Assembly (NCBI GenBank): GCA_951406725.2
Contig: OX597823.1
Location: 82,460,001 to 82,524,000, forward strand
Length of the DNA stretch: 64,000 nt
Source of the DNA: Octopus vulgaris
Lineage: Eukaryota
Reading direction: 5' to 3'
In this document: positions 1 to 13,937 of the stretch, in pieces
Layout of the letters: each line of letters opens with the position of its first letter
Position numbering within the stretch: the stretch's first letter is position 1
Program-made: the position numbers and the translations under genes
Notes under the pieces: generated by a model
Databases searched by the model: none
What the model was told of the DNA's origin: nothing
What the model saw: only the letters and a program-made list of their open reading frames with translations

Positions 1-1594
1 ATTCCATAGTTGTTAGGAACACTAATAACAGAGACACTTCTGCAGTATTTTCAAGAAGTAAATCTTATGTTATAACTGTTCAGGATTGCCACAAAATGGA
101 CGAATCCTACATGTAGTGATATAAGATATAATATATCACTCACTATCAGACGGTTGAAGAATTCTGGGTAGATCCACAATAGAATGGTATTTTATCAAGA
201 TTTCTCGAAAGGCAATTAACTTATAAAGAGTTTCCTCTTATATGATTATCACAGGGTTAAGACTTTCGATGTTGTAAAGCGGGGTCAAAATATCTGATAA
301 ATGGCATTGAGAAAATAACTTCAACATAGTTTCAATTTATCTCAAACCAACTAATTCTCTGATAGGGTTTGAAATTTAGTTTACATTATATATTTATTCT
401 CGCCTTTGGAATGATCTAACAAACGGACTTGGATTCAGTAAGGACGGGTTTGATGGCTGAGTTTTAAAGTTTTTAGTTCAGTCATTGAAAGTAAGAAAAA
501 AAATAGGGGTTCGTTGGTTAATTTATCACAGTATGAATAATCTTCGTCATAACCAACAAAGGCAATACAGTGAAAATATTGATGTCAGGCCTTTACGTTT
601 GTATATATGGCCATTAATAAAAAAAAAAGACAATGAAAAACCCTATTTGTTTATTTGTAATGTGGTATACGTTTACATCTTTCATGAACATATATTTGAA
701 ATATTCAGGCTATGGATTTCTCATATCTAAACCTTAATTGAAAACGTTTCCTGAAGATAATAATTTGTTTACAATCAACTCATAGCAGATTTAAGAATTA
801 ACTTATTATTGCTGTTTTCTTTTAAATAAAATACATTTCTTATTAACATTTTATGAATTCATCCTCAGTTATTATGCATCAAAACGCATTTATAAAAATA
901 ACTATTATTATCCTTATTGTTATTATTATTATTATTGTTCAAATCATTAATATTATTATTGAACGCATTATACTTATACTGGAAGTCCTATAAATATAAT
1001 CCATTAGCTCATTTTCTTTTCTTCGAATATGGGATATAACCAAGAAAAGGAAAATACAACGGCATCGGAAAATGTTAAACTTATAATTGCGAACTGTTTT
1101 TTTCTATATGAATGAGCTTAGGTTGTTGATTTTTTTTCATCTATATAGGCTTACTTATTGATGAAGAATAGTTTTATGTTTGAGCTATATTTGGGCAAAA
1201 ACAGAAAAGGAACTTTGTTTATTGAGGGCAAAATATAAATCTGATGTGGAGAGTTTAGTGCCAATCTCTGATTGGGTAATGAATAAGCTTATAAAAATCA
1301 CGCCATTTACTAACATGAAATAATTAGCAACTACTACTGTTTTGTTTAAAGTCTGCCTGCCAATTACGTTTCTTCTTTTCATGTTATTGAAATTGAAACT
1401 TTTAAATTTGTAAACAAAATAATTAAGCTGAACAAAAGATTGCTACATTTTGTTTTTTATTCTACAAAAAGTTACGTATGTCTTATTTTTTATTAGAGAA
1501 TATTGAAATATTTTTATTAATATGATTTAAATTACAGTACAAAGTGTTCATAGTAAACTACTATACTTGGGAGAATATATAAAACTAAGCAATC

Positions 1595-1638
<44 letters not shown>

Positions 1639-2892
1639 TATATATTCATTATGTGTCTCTAACAATATTTGATCACCCTTTCCACATTGGATCGGACAAA
1701 TTCTTTGAAGGAGTTGTATTACCATAAACCTAACATGAGCTTTCATACAGTACTAAGCTAAGCATAATTTGCGATATAACGCGAAATGTATTTTACTGTG
1801 TCATTGTAAAGAAGGCTAAACATCTTTCGGTCCGTAGCGAATATAGAGAAAAATGTCATACGAAAATATGGTCATTAACATCCATTTTATATAGAAGTAT
1901 GTCCTACTCATTGTAAGTAAAACGAAACACCTTATGGTTTGCGTTGCAAAACAACTTTAAGTCATAGACTCTAAAGTCATTAAAGATTTTTACAGAGATT
2001 TCCTGAAAGACTTCTTACATCAACAACGCATACCGATAAGCAGTGCTGCTGGATTTGAGATATTTTACAATTTCACTGGATATTTCTGAATTATATTTCG
2101 TATAGTCAAGTAATGTTTCTCCTTTTGAAAAAGAAAATACTTATGTAAATTGAGACAAAACCTTGTACATTTGCTATCTTAAATAATATCACATTTAAAT
2201 TACTGTAAGAATGATCCAATTTTCTTCAAAGCTGAATTCCTGTCTGAAGATACCACAGAATGTATTAAACATTACCGCAAATTTTATTTGAAAAAATTAC
2301 AACTCGCGTTATGAATTGTTCATTTATCTGGTACCCTTCATATACATGTTTATATGGAATTAATTTTGACAAGAGATCTTCAACTCAAGGACCTTATAAG
2401 CACACAGTCTATGGATATAAAACACAATTTGGGTTCATTTATGATAAAAATAACTTTAAAAAAGACTTTAGGAAACAATTGCAGTTCGTAAATAAAAATA
2501 TATCTAATTGTTAGAAGCGTTCAGAATATTGCAAAAAATTATTAATATAGCTTGGTACTAATTTAAATATTAGCTTTGAGTGTGATTTACAGTTGAATAT
2601 AAGCATAGGTGATCAGTTGATCTTAAACTGCGGCCATACTTTAGCTTAAAATTCGTAAGTATAGATATATTAGTTCCTTATAAACAAGCAAAAATGTCAC
2701 AGTTTACGTTAAATGTTATATAGCGAATTTTATAGAAATATAGCGAAATTAAAAAATTACTTAGGTTAACAATGGATTAAAATAGCTTTATCACTATTAT
2801 TTTTTATAATCGCCTTATGACTCCAGTTTATTGAATAAGACAACGCAAATTATAGCTCAGTGGTTTAGCTGTGACGTTATGAAAAGTGGTTA

Positions 2893-2968
<76 letters not shown>

Positions 2969-3691
2969 AATTTATGTTAGATTAATGTATTTATTATTTC
3001 TGCATTTATTTTAAATCAGACAAAGGTATTTTTGTTAGTTATGTAATTAGTTTAAATAATGAAATAATCAGAAGAAGGAGAAGAGGCAGTTGCATTTATG
3101 AAATTTATTAATTTATTCCTTTTATTCTTAACGAAGGCGTGATGTATAGCAATAGTCTATATCGCTGTATGCTCTAATAAAAGTATCGGAATGTATTGAT
3201 AATCAATAACGTCGCATAATTTAGAAGCTTCAGCTTCAAAATAGCAGTTTTTGATGCTAAAGTTAAAATATACTACCTAGCAATTTACTAATTTATGAAT
3301 CTTTCTTTTAGAATTAACCTCGTATCCTGAAATATTGCTTGCTCATTAACAGTATAACCATTGGTAAATAGTGGTATATATTTAGATTCAATTTCTTCAG
3401 TTTAACATTAGTCGGCCATTGAAAAGTTTAACATGTCTTGAAATATAAAGTTAATCGTCCATGAATAAGCTTTAGCAATATGCCTAAATCGGCTAATATA
3501 GAAAAGAGACTATTTATTATTTCAAAATCTAGTGAGTTTTTTTTTCCATAATTATAATTTTTACTTCAAATTCTTCATGAGGATGATGAAAGAATGGCGG
3601 GATTCAATAATTTTCTTTAGATATATAAACAAAACAACTCCAGTTGGAATGTTGTATCTTGTAACTTGGTTCAGCGCTTCATCTTGGCGAT

Positions 3692-3730
3692 CTAATTGTA
3701 TTGTGTTCTCTGGGTATAGGTAGCTTGCTC
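3692..3730 (-). CDS. NF70-like terminal coding exon: EQATYTQRTQYN*
   Basis: Acceptor ttacttttag|GAG; TAG at 3692-3694; completes the LTD; no CaaX box, consistent with a cytoplasmic IF rather than a lamin. Confidence 0.88.
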   Translation of the reverse strand, partial: EQATYTQRTQYN

Positions 3731-3829
3731 CTAAAAGTAAAGTAAAACATTACAAATTGAATACAAACACATACATATAAGTTTTTGCACAAACCTATAA
3801 AGGGGACTACATTTGCTTGAAATATACGT

Positions 3830-3860
<31 letters not shown>

Positions 3861-4814
3861 CCTCTCTCTCTCTGTATATATTTTATATATGCATTTCTTC
3901 TTACATGAAAATGTGGACAGTAACTTTGAAATTTCGCAGATCTTGGCTTTATAAAACTTCAAATATCATGTATGCAAATATATTAGTGGCATACATGAAA
4001 TGAATAGTAATCCAGGCAAACATTGATGGATTGATTACTGAGAGCGTATCCCTTTCTGTACAGGGACTATAATACTATTTTTAGCTTTCAGAAAAACCAA
4101 TGCAGACTCATTGTAAGAAAATAGATATAGCTTCAATTATAAATTAATTCGCAAATTCGACTCACCAATTACTTATCTCCCTCATAGAGTGTCCTCGAAG
4201 AGATATTTACTTTGTTCTGTGTAACAGTTGAATGTAAATTAATACTAAAGTGATAGAAAGCATGTAGCGTTCCTTTCTATAATATTAAATCTGCATTAAG
4301 TTTGCGTTATATTTTTTATCCATTACCTATTGATAGCATTCTCATTTAGGTGTTCCTGTATTGTTTGATGCAAAGCAAATATTCCCTAATTAAGAAGACC
4401 ATTCAAAAAAATCTTCACATGTGTGATGTATCAAAGCAGACACATTATATCCATACTTCACTGAGAACAATTGTACGTAGTATTCGGGAAATATTACACT
4501 CGATTTACTGTTTTTGACAACCTTCAGTTCGTAGATCCTATGCAATAAAGGGTGTGAAATCATAAACAAAGACTTTGTTTATTGGGAAACAATAAACAGA
4601 GTTGAATATTACAGCAAATAGTTTCCTTCTATTATATGATAATATCTGGGGTCCGAGAAAGACAGTTCTACAATTTCTTGCTGAGCATCCTGCACAAATG
4701 ATTTGTTTATAATGAGCTAATGTTTGTACCGCACATTACCTCAGTCTCTTCGTCAATTCGATATTACCTGAACAAGAGCATGGTATACCATACATCAGAT
4801 ATCGAAATGATAGC

Positions 4815-4929
4815 AGAGGAATGTGAAATGAAGTGATTTTATTAAGAATACAATGTACCACCCGGTTCAGGAATCGAACCCACAGTCTCACGATCGTGAA
4901 CGCAACAACCTAACCACTAGACTGTCCGC
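4815..4929 (-). mobile_element. tRNA-derived SINE (family B) fragment
   Basis: Reverse complement ggcggacagtctagtggttagg...ggttcgattcctg carries A- and B-box-like motifs; related copies at 13818, 50660 and 53845. Confidence 0.65.
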
Positions 4930-5001
4930 CTACATAGTTTCCTTGTATACTGATATATAAACAATCGTTTTCAAAATGTATATGTGAGAATGGTTACATA
5001 C

Positions 5002-5118
5002 CTCTCCTTTCTCGTTCTGCAGCACTGTGACAACATTTGAACCGGTTCCCCATGTATCAAAATCTTTGTTAACTAAATCATCTCCACGAGCTTGTGATTG
5101 TTGGCCTTTAGACCAGAT
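5002..5118 (-). CDS. NF70-like LTD exon 3, 117 nt: IWSKGQQSQARGDDLVNKDFDTWGTGSNVVTVLQNEKGE
   Basis: Boundaries tatcag|ATC and GAG|gtatgt; LTD motif WGTG...VLQN..GE; overlaps ORF 4930..5133. Confidence 0.93.
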
Positions 5119-5291
5119 CTGATATAAATACATTTACAAATAATAATTAAGAAATGATATATGAAATAAACGTAAACAGAATTATAATCAAATAAATATG
5201 AAAATCAATAGGCTGAGTAAAACACACCTACAATACCATTTATCATGTCATTTAATTATTGATCTAAGCTAAACAGAAATTCATAACGTAC

Positions 5292-5396
5292 CTTAAGAAC
5301 CATTTGACGTCTCAGTGTGACGTTTGGTAATACGAAAGAGTAAGTTTTGTTGTCATCAACTGTTCTTACAATTTTCCATCCATTAAGGTTATCATC
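5292..5396 (-). CDS. NF70-like LTD exon 2, 105 nt: DDNLNGWKIVRTVDDNKTYSFVLPNVTLRRQMVLK
   Basis: Boundaries ctgccgtag|GAT and AAG|gtacgt; LTD motif L-x-GWKI-x-R. Confidence 0.92.
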
Positions 5397-5636
5397 CTAC
5401 GGCAGAGAAGAGAAGACAATTAAATAACTAAACCATTACCATCAGCACAATTGAATTAGGTCGATTGAAAAGAAACATTGACGGATTATACACACATATA
5501 AGCACACATACACACACATATAAAAGAATGTGATTATTTGAGTAAATACTTAGTTAAGATCAATCTTACGTACATTTCATTAACAAAGAATGATTATTAT
5601 ATATAGTACGCATATCACACGATCAAGTGCATTTAC

Positions 5637-5790
5637 TGTATATACGACAGACGTCTTTCAGATTCCGTCCATCAGATCTAGTCATAAGGCCATAGTAGAA
5701 GACACTTGCCCGAGGTGCAACGCAGTGGGACTGAACGTAGGACAATGTGGTTGAGAAGCAAGCTTCTTACAGCACGACCACTCCTGCGCC
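5637..5790 (-). mobile_element. Family-A SINE 5' half
   Basis: Reverse complement reads ggcgcaggagtggtcgtgctgtaagaagcttgc...gttcagtcccactgcg...gggcaagtgtcttctactatggcc. Confidence 0.75.
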
Positions 5791-6382
5791 TCTGCATAAG
5801 CGTTGAGTGATTTGGGTTTTTATTTTTAAAAATTAAGGATATAAAAAAAAAAAAAAAAAATATATCAGCGTAGAAGATCAGGTAAAAATACTCTTATTCT
5901 AAGACGGAATAATGTGGCCTGCTAGTCACTTTTTACCGTCTTATAAGGGAATTTTCACTGGATCTTCTTGGCTGTTTTCACAGCTATTCTTCTATGTTCA
6001 AGATTTCCTCAAGTTCCAAAGATTTCATATATACATACAAGGAAAAGAGATGACAAAGAGAAAAGATGGACTTAATTAACTTACAGCTGTTATTTTGTCA
6101 TTAATAAAACTATATAGGAAAGGTTATAATACTGTTTAACAAGAACAGTATTTACAATGACTTTGAAGATTTTGTCAACAATCCATCATAGAACTTACAG
6201 TATAAACATGTGTATGACTATACGTACACCTATATGCTTATACATGTACATATATGTCCTTACTTATACATAGCAAAAATGGTTAAAAATTATCATATAA
6301 GCATTAAGCAAAGAGAATTGCTTTACGGATATAGAGATGAACAACATTTTTTATATGAAGGAAAACCTGAAATTTGCATAAC

Positions 6383-6516
6383 CTTTTTTGTTTCCAAAGA
6401 GACAAAATGTCCTTCAGGGTCGGCTTCTTTGATTGATGCGTGGCTCCTGGAAGTTCTCTGGTATGTTGTTGTAGCAGACATTTCACCTCGCAACATTTTC
6501 ATCGACATTTGGGAAT
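6383..6516 (-). CDS. NF70-like lamin-tail-domain exon 1, 134 nt: (D)[44 protein letters not shown]
   Basis: Acceptor ttcttcgctgaag|AT (phase 1 in); donor AAG|gttatg; overlaps ORF 6323..6508; LTD start motif [15 protein letters not shown]. Confidence 0.9.
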
Positions 6517-6592
6517 CTTCAGCGAAGAAATTGAAGTATTAAATTATCACTTAACAGAATTCATATCTATTACCTGGGGTAAGGTCAGTAAA

Positions 6593-7388
<796 letters not shown>

Positions 7389-8192
7389 GATGCACACTCA
7401 TATAGTGTTATGAATAGAATCTATCTTGGTTGTGTTCAGTCGTTAATAAAATTCCATTGCGTGCTCTCAGAAAAAAACATGTCGACGTTTTTGTGATGCA
7501 AAAAGATTGGGAGAAGAATTTCTACAGAGAATGCAATTTTTTAATACTTGTTCCTTATTTCAAGAAATAAAACTGAATTTTTGAAGAGACATATAGCAAG
7601 TATGTTAAGACATGCATTCATGCTTATTTAATTCCAAGAATAATTTTCAAACAAACTTATTGCCTCTTGAAAATTCAATTTTGTTCTTGCTATCAAAATA
7701 GTTATTTTCATTAAGTTTTTCTCTCATCTTTGGATTTACATGTTCAATACTAAAATATAAAAATATTAAGAATATTCAATTGCTATTACATACAATATTT
7801 TTTTTATCTAATTCTATTGCCTTATCCTTATCATGATAGCTCGTTCAACAAAATAATTAGTTTTTCTATTGAAATATGAACAAATATTTTATTTAATACT
7901 ATTTAATCTGGTGTATTGCTATACGGATACTAGTGCCCTTAAAATAGATATGTATATAATCTGTATTTGTTGGTGCGTGTTAGTGAGCGGGAGTGAGGAT
8001 TTATGCAGACAGCAAATATATATGTAAGCAATATATTCAAAAAACAAAATCAACGAAAGTACAGCCCACACAGGATTGGAATTACAAAACGTTTGTATTC
8101 ATAAACGTAGTTCGATTGTTCAAAAACTTTCAGAATTTTAATTAAAATTTTAAAATATTGCTTACAAATGTATACCGATTGATATTGGCTTG

Positions 8193-8250
<58 letters not shown>

Positions 8251-8470
8251 ATGTATGTATATGTATGAATATATATATATACATATGTATATATGTATAT
8301 ATATATATATATATGTATATGCATATGTGTATATATATGTATATATATATATATGTATATGCATATGTGTATATATATGTATATATATATATGTATGTAT
8401 ATATATGTATATATATATATATATGTGTGTATATATATATTTGTATATATAGTAAATATGTATATGTATG
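8193..8470. repeat. Compound (TA)n/(TATG)n microsatellite
   Basis: Directly visible. Confidence 0.95.
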
Positions 8471-10329
8471 TATTGAAATGGTAGTGTGTGTGTCTGTTTA
8501 TGTGTGTGCGCGTTAATTGAGTTCAGTGTTTTCTTAATCTGTGGGCATATTCAATGCTATTGTAGCCCTTGAATATCATCTAACCTTTACCATCACTCAT
8601 CTGTTCATTGATCCCTTATATCATTATATCCTTCTTTATGAGTTTTCTATGGTGAAAAATAATATGAATTTTTGTGACGAACACATGAAATTTCAACTTC
8701 AAGAAAAGTAGAAGACAATATGTCAATGGAAGGATTGAGTATGAAATGTTTAGATCCAAAGTACACCTTTTTTTTTTCAGGGGAGTGTGTGATAATATTG
8801 ACACAGCTCTGTTATGCTTCGAAAAGGTTGCAGTAAAAATCATGAAAAAGGATTTTGTATTTTGATCTCTTATGGGAAAGAAAGCCACTGAAATTTGAGA
8901 TACAGTTGTGATAGAGAAATATATTCTTTGAGAATTAAAACAAATATTAATAAAAAAGTGTAATCACAATCATTTCCAACTTAATCGAGACTGCAATGAA
9001 TGTGTGTGAAACAGGAAAAGCAATGTGAAAATAGTTTTGATATAAAAAATACGATTTCATGTGAATGGTTTCATGAAAGGTAAAAATGCATATGTATGCG
9101 TATATATATGTATACAGTATATGTATATATAAATTTATGTGTCAGGTCTGAATGTATTTCTATGTATGTGTATGCATGAAGGGATAGCAGTATAATTTTC
9201 AACTACTGCTGCAAAACATTTAACGAACAAAACAGCCTCTGGTATTTAGAGTAGTGTTTTTACATATATATATACATGTATGTATGTATGCATGTATATG
9301 CATGTATATATATATATAATGCATATATATATATATACATACAGGTGTTTGTGCATTTATTTGATCATATTCTTGTGTGTGTAAGTGTGTGTGCAAATAT
9401 ATGATTATTTGATGGCAGTGTGGAATGAATTAAAGCTACACAAATTAGCATGAACTAAACTTTTGGGCTTGTGAACCAATGAAAGCAATAATGGTTTAAA
9501 TAATAATAATTTCCCCGAAGCAAACAGTTGAACGAGCTATATATAAAATAAGACATGATAATGTTTTACTGAACTGATGCAAAATGTTACATATAGTGTG
9601 GGGAGACCCCGTAACTAATCTTTTTAAATTAAGCAATAGTTTCATTTTAGCATCACTTTAAACGTAGCGAGTTAAACTATAACATCTTCTGGAATGGAAA
9701 ATGATGAGCCTATACTGAAGACCTGAAATGATATGCCTAATGGATACATGAACCTATATTACGAAGTTAAGTGACAGTATTCAAATTGCTCTAACATTTC
9801 TGTTTAAATATAAATGCTAGTATAAACCCATACTAACGAATACTGAAAGTGAAAATGGCTCACGAACCGGAGCTAATTGTCGAGACTGTTTCTCATTGTG
9901 ATGAATGTGAATATAAATTAAATCGGAATATGAATACGAACATTAGAGTTATTTGAATTTAGTCACCATTTTCGAAAACATGTGCTTATGTTCCTTTAGG
10001 CCTACATTCCTCATACCTTTTAGATCGTGGCACCCTTACGTGGGCCTCATATTTGACCATTTATTAGGCTTCAGATTTGGCCAATCATTGTCCACTCAAG
10101 TCAAAATCATCTAAGTTCTTGCTTTTAATGTGATACCAAAAAGTAAACTTTTGCATGAGTTTGCATGGGCACATTTTGGAAGGCAAGAAATAACGAAATA
10201 AAAACATATAGGGCGATACTCACAAGGTGGGGAACAATTAATTGTATTTAAAGATATATGGAGTTGTATTGTGATTAATAGACATACAGTGAAAATGCAG
10301 AAAATTGTTAGAATAAAGAAAGTAAATTA

Positions 10330-10331
10330 TG

Positions 10332-10377
<46 letters not shown>

Positions 10378-10608
10378 TGTGTATGCACTGTATTCTTTAA
10401 TTTACCATGTTGTTTAATAATGTAAAATCAATTATTACATGTATATTTTGTTCCAACGAAATTTCAGTATTGTTAATGTATTACAACAAATTTTCCCAGC
10501 CTACTTGTGCGTACCATCTTTGATATATACACCAACATATATATTATAAATACATTATATATATATTATAAATACATTATATATATATATATATATATTT
10601 ATAAATAC

Positions 10609-10647
<39 letters not shown>

Positions 10648-10688
10648 GAATAAATAAATTTATATAGATACATAAATACATACTACCA

Positions 10689-10726
<38 letters not shown>

Positions 10727-10801
10727 ACCAAAACAACGACACATACAATATATGTGTGTTTGCGTGTAGGTGCGGATATATGTGAATGTATTCTTGCATA
10801 G

Positions 10802-10848
<47 letters not shown>

Positions 10849-10984
10849 AGTGCTAAATATCAAAATGGTAAACTGCCCTGAAGCGTTGACTTTTAGAGCA
10901 ATAAATATTAGTAATTAAATGCAAACAAAATAGTGAAAATGTTGAGCAAATAAGTTAACAAAATGATTGAATTGGCATATATAC

Positions 10985-11017
<33 letters not shown>

Positions 11018-11020
11018 CAC
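10330..11020. repeat. Cluster of (TA)n tracts
   Basis: Directly visible. Confidence 0.9.
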
Positions 11021-13637
11021 ATCCAGTGTTCCAAGATGACTTCTTAACGAAGCTATGGGAAATAATCAAATCAAAATATCAAATATATTTGGACAAATAA
11101 ATGGATTGAAAAATATGAAAATAATCAACCAGTCAGAAGTAATTTTAAAGGAAAGGAAAAATTTCTCTGAAGTAAGTAAAACGAAAAAAAATCCAGAAAA
11201 CACAGAGTAAATGAATTCAAGCTTGCTACAAAATTAGGAACGTAAAATGATAACGAATTTCAGAGAAAACAACACTAATCAACAAAGTACACAACATATG
11301 AAGCATTGCACGTGCGCAACATTGTTTTAAATTAATATTAATTCAAGAGATATTTTAATAACTATATATGCCTACCGTTTCTAATATTATATGATATTTA
11401 ATTTAATGTTCTTTTATTAGAATGAATTTATACATATACAGAAGTAAAATTTTATGAATAATTAGAACACGTGTGTATTTCAGAGATTTTAATTCTTGCT
11501 TCTATAATCATCATTTTTTATGTCGATACGTCAATATATTTCATAAGTTGAGATATTTCCTTAAATTTAGCAACGAGATATAAGGAATGAATGATATCTT
11601 CAAGTACTTAAATTCTCTAAATTGTGTGGTCCATTCAGTAGGCGTTCAGTTTGAGTTTAAATAAATTTGCATCTACAGGGAAAACACGGGAAATAGTGTG
11701 CAGTGTTGTGGTTAGGTATAATATATGGTAGAGATGATAAAATCTTTTTATCAAGAGGCCGGTAACAATAAGTTGTTTGCTAACTTAAAATAGCTGAGTC
11801 TGTATTAGGTTGTGGTAAATGACGATATAGACATTGCGATTTGTGGGTAATTATTTATGAAATTGACGTAGAGTATTTGAGTATGTCCTTGCAGCAATGT
11901 AACAGATATTGCACAGTGCTTTATTCTGGATCACAATTGTTTTGTTTTGTTTTTTAAAAGAGTAAAGGATTGGTTCTGAAATATTTTCTAATCTTGGTGT
12001 ATAAACTAAATTTAGGGACGAAAATTTTGCTATGTTAATATGTTAAGTCCATAATTGGAGGTTATCATAAATCGCGGCCCATAGCACTTCCAGCAACTGT
12101 AGACGATTTGCCTGTGTGTGTTTTGGTTGATAAAATCTTTGTATTGTTATATTAGTAGATTAAGATACCATGTTTCGATAAAATGCTATTTTCCGAGTCT
12201 AAATTTACAGAAAATATGTACGAATGGCTAAGTTCGCTTAACAAAGAGACTAAGATTAAAATGAAATGAAATTGGTAACATTTGCATCAAATTATGTGTG
12301 GTTATCAGCAAGTAATATAGAGACACAAGAATGTCGAAGGAGTAGCTGAATATACAGAATATCCATATATAGTACATGTGATATATAATATATACTATAT
12401 ATTATATAATATCTAATATATACAGTATTAATATAATAATAAGGTGTCTACTTCGAAAATTCTTTCGTTAGAATCGAAACATAGAACTACATACGCAGAT
12501 ATCAAGAATGTCTACTGCTAGCCTCAAATCATAGCTTTGCTGATGTCAAGGTCTCAAGTTAGAGAAAACACTGGTCTATAATATTAGTGTAGGAGAGCAC
12601 ATCTCAGACTCATAAGTGTTCTATTGAAAATATATTGATAATTGCTGAGAAACAGGATAATTATGACAATGTAAAAGGTAGTTTTCCCGTAAATTTCGAG
12701 GTATAGTTTATGAAGTATATTCAGAGTGGTTACCCCTCATAATCATGTCAATATCTTGTTGCATGAAAAAACAGTATTTCGCTGTATTTATACTTTTATA
12801 TTTATACTTTTTTATGTAACAATTTGAGAATCCTGAGAGTTTGCTTCCTTAACATAGAAAAGGTAACTTTCAATATAACTTTTCCAATGTGCTTGAAACA
12901 GATAACATCGAACCATCTTCAGGCTTTAGGAACGGAGACATGCGTCTTTCCGAAACATTCTCTGCATAAAACGCTGGATTGTATTAATCAGTAAGAGGTG
13001 CAATCGTTATCAGAGATCGTAGCAATACATAATATGAAATGCCTTTAAAATAAAGGTAATATATGAATGCATCAATCTGAAGATATTCATATCACTCCTG
13101 CGCCTCTGTTTACACTATGTAAAGAAGCTATCAACATATTCATTTCATAATTCAGAGGCTTGTATATTTTCACCAAATGTTCCCGAGAAAATATTGAGTA
13201 ATGTGTTTTATGTAAATCTTAATAAGGAAATACATTTAAGCCAGATATACTAAAGTTGCTACTGATACACATTTATGTATTTGAGTGTTGTGCTGGAATT
13301 ATAACTGACATTGAAATATTTTAAAATGTCTTATGAAAAATATGACTGTTCGAATTATACATATTACAATCAAATAGTAGGAATGCCAAAGTATATTTCT
13401 GATAGTTTTTACAGAGAGATTGCTTTTATGATATTTTGCATAATATTTTAGATTTATATCTACTAGACTTGAGGCAGCAATAGCATCGATTATACCCATG
13501 TTTCTCAATGCTCACAGAATTAATTTTGAGTGTTATTTAGAATACAATTAATATTGAAACAACACTAAGTATGCTTTCAGTGGCCTATTTCATTCTTGTA
13601 TTGTCCTTGTAAGGAGTGTCCACGGTACAAAAACTGC

Positions 13638-13688
<51 letters not shown>

Positions 13689-13817
13689 TTAGCAATTTAT
13701 CAGAATAAGAAAGATACTGATTAATTCCTGTAAATCAACTCATCATTATGAGAGAATCCTGTAAATTCAAGATCATCATGATGCAGTTATGCGGTAAATT
13801 GTTTTTGATAGCCTATA

Positions 13818-13937
13818 CCAGCTGAGTGCAATGTAAAAATAAAGTATCATGCTCAAGGACACAATGCGTTGCCAGGAATTGAACTTACGACGTTGCAATC
13901 GTGAGCCGAATACTCTAACCACCAAGCGACGCGCCTC
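13818..13937 (-). mobile_element. Family-B SINE fragment
   Basis: gctcaaggacacaatgcg...ggaattgaacttacgac...ctctaaccaccaagcgacgcgcc. Confidence 0.65.

Noticed and set aside
4860-4929. tRNA-like A/B boxes here and at other SINE heads
   Set aside because: No convincing cloverleaf; they continue into SINE body sequence.
3692-6516. Nuclear lamin gene
   Set aside because: The lamin-tail domain is present, but there is no basic NLS in the linker and no C-terminal CaaX box.
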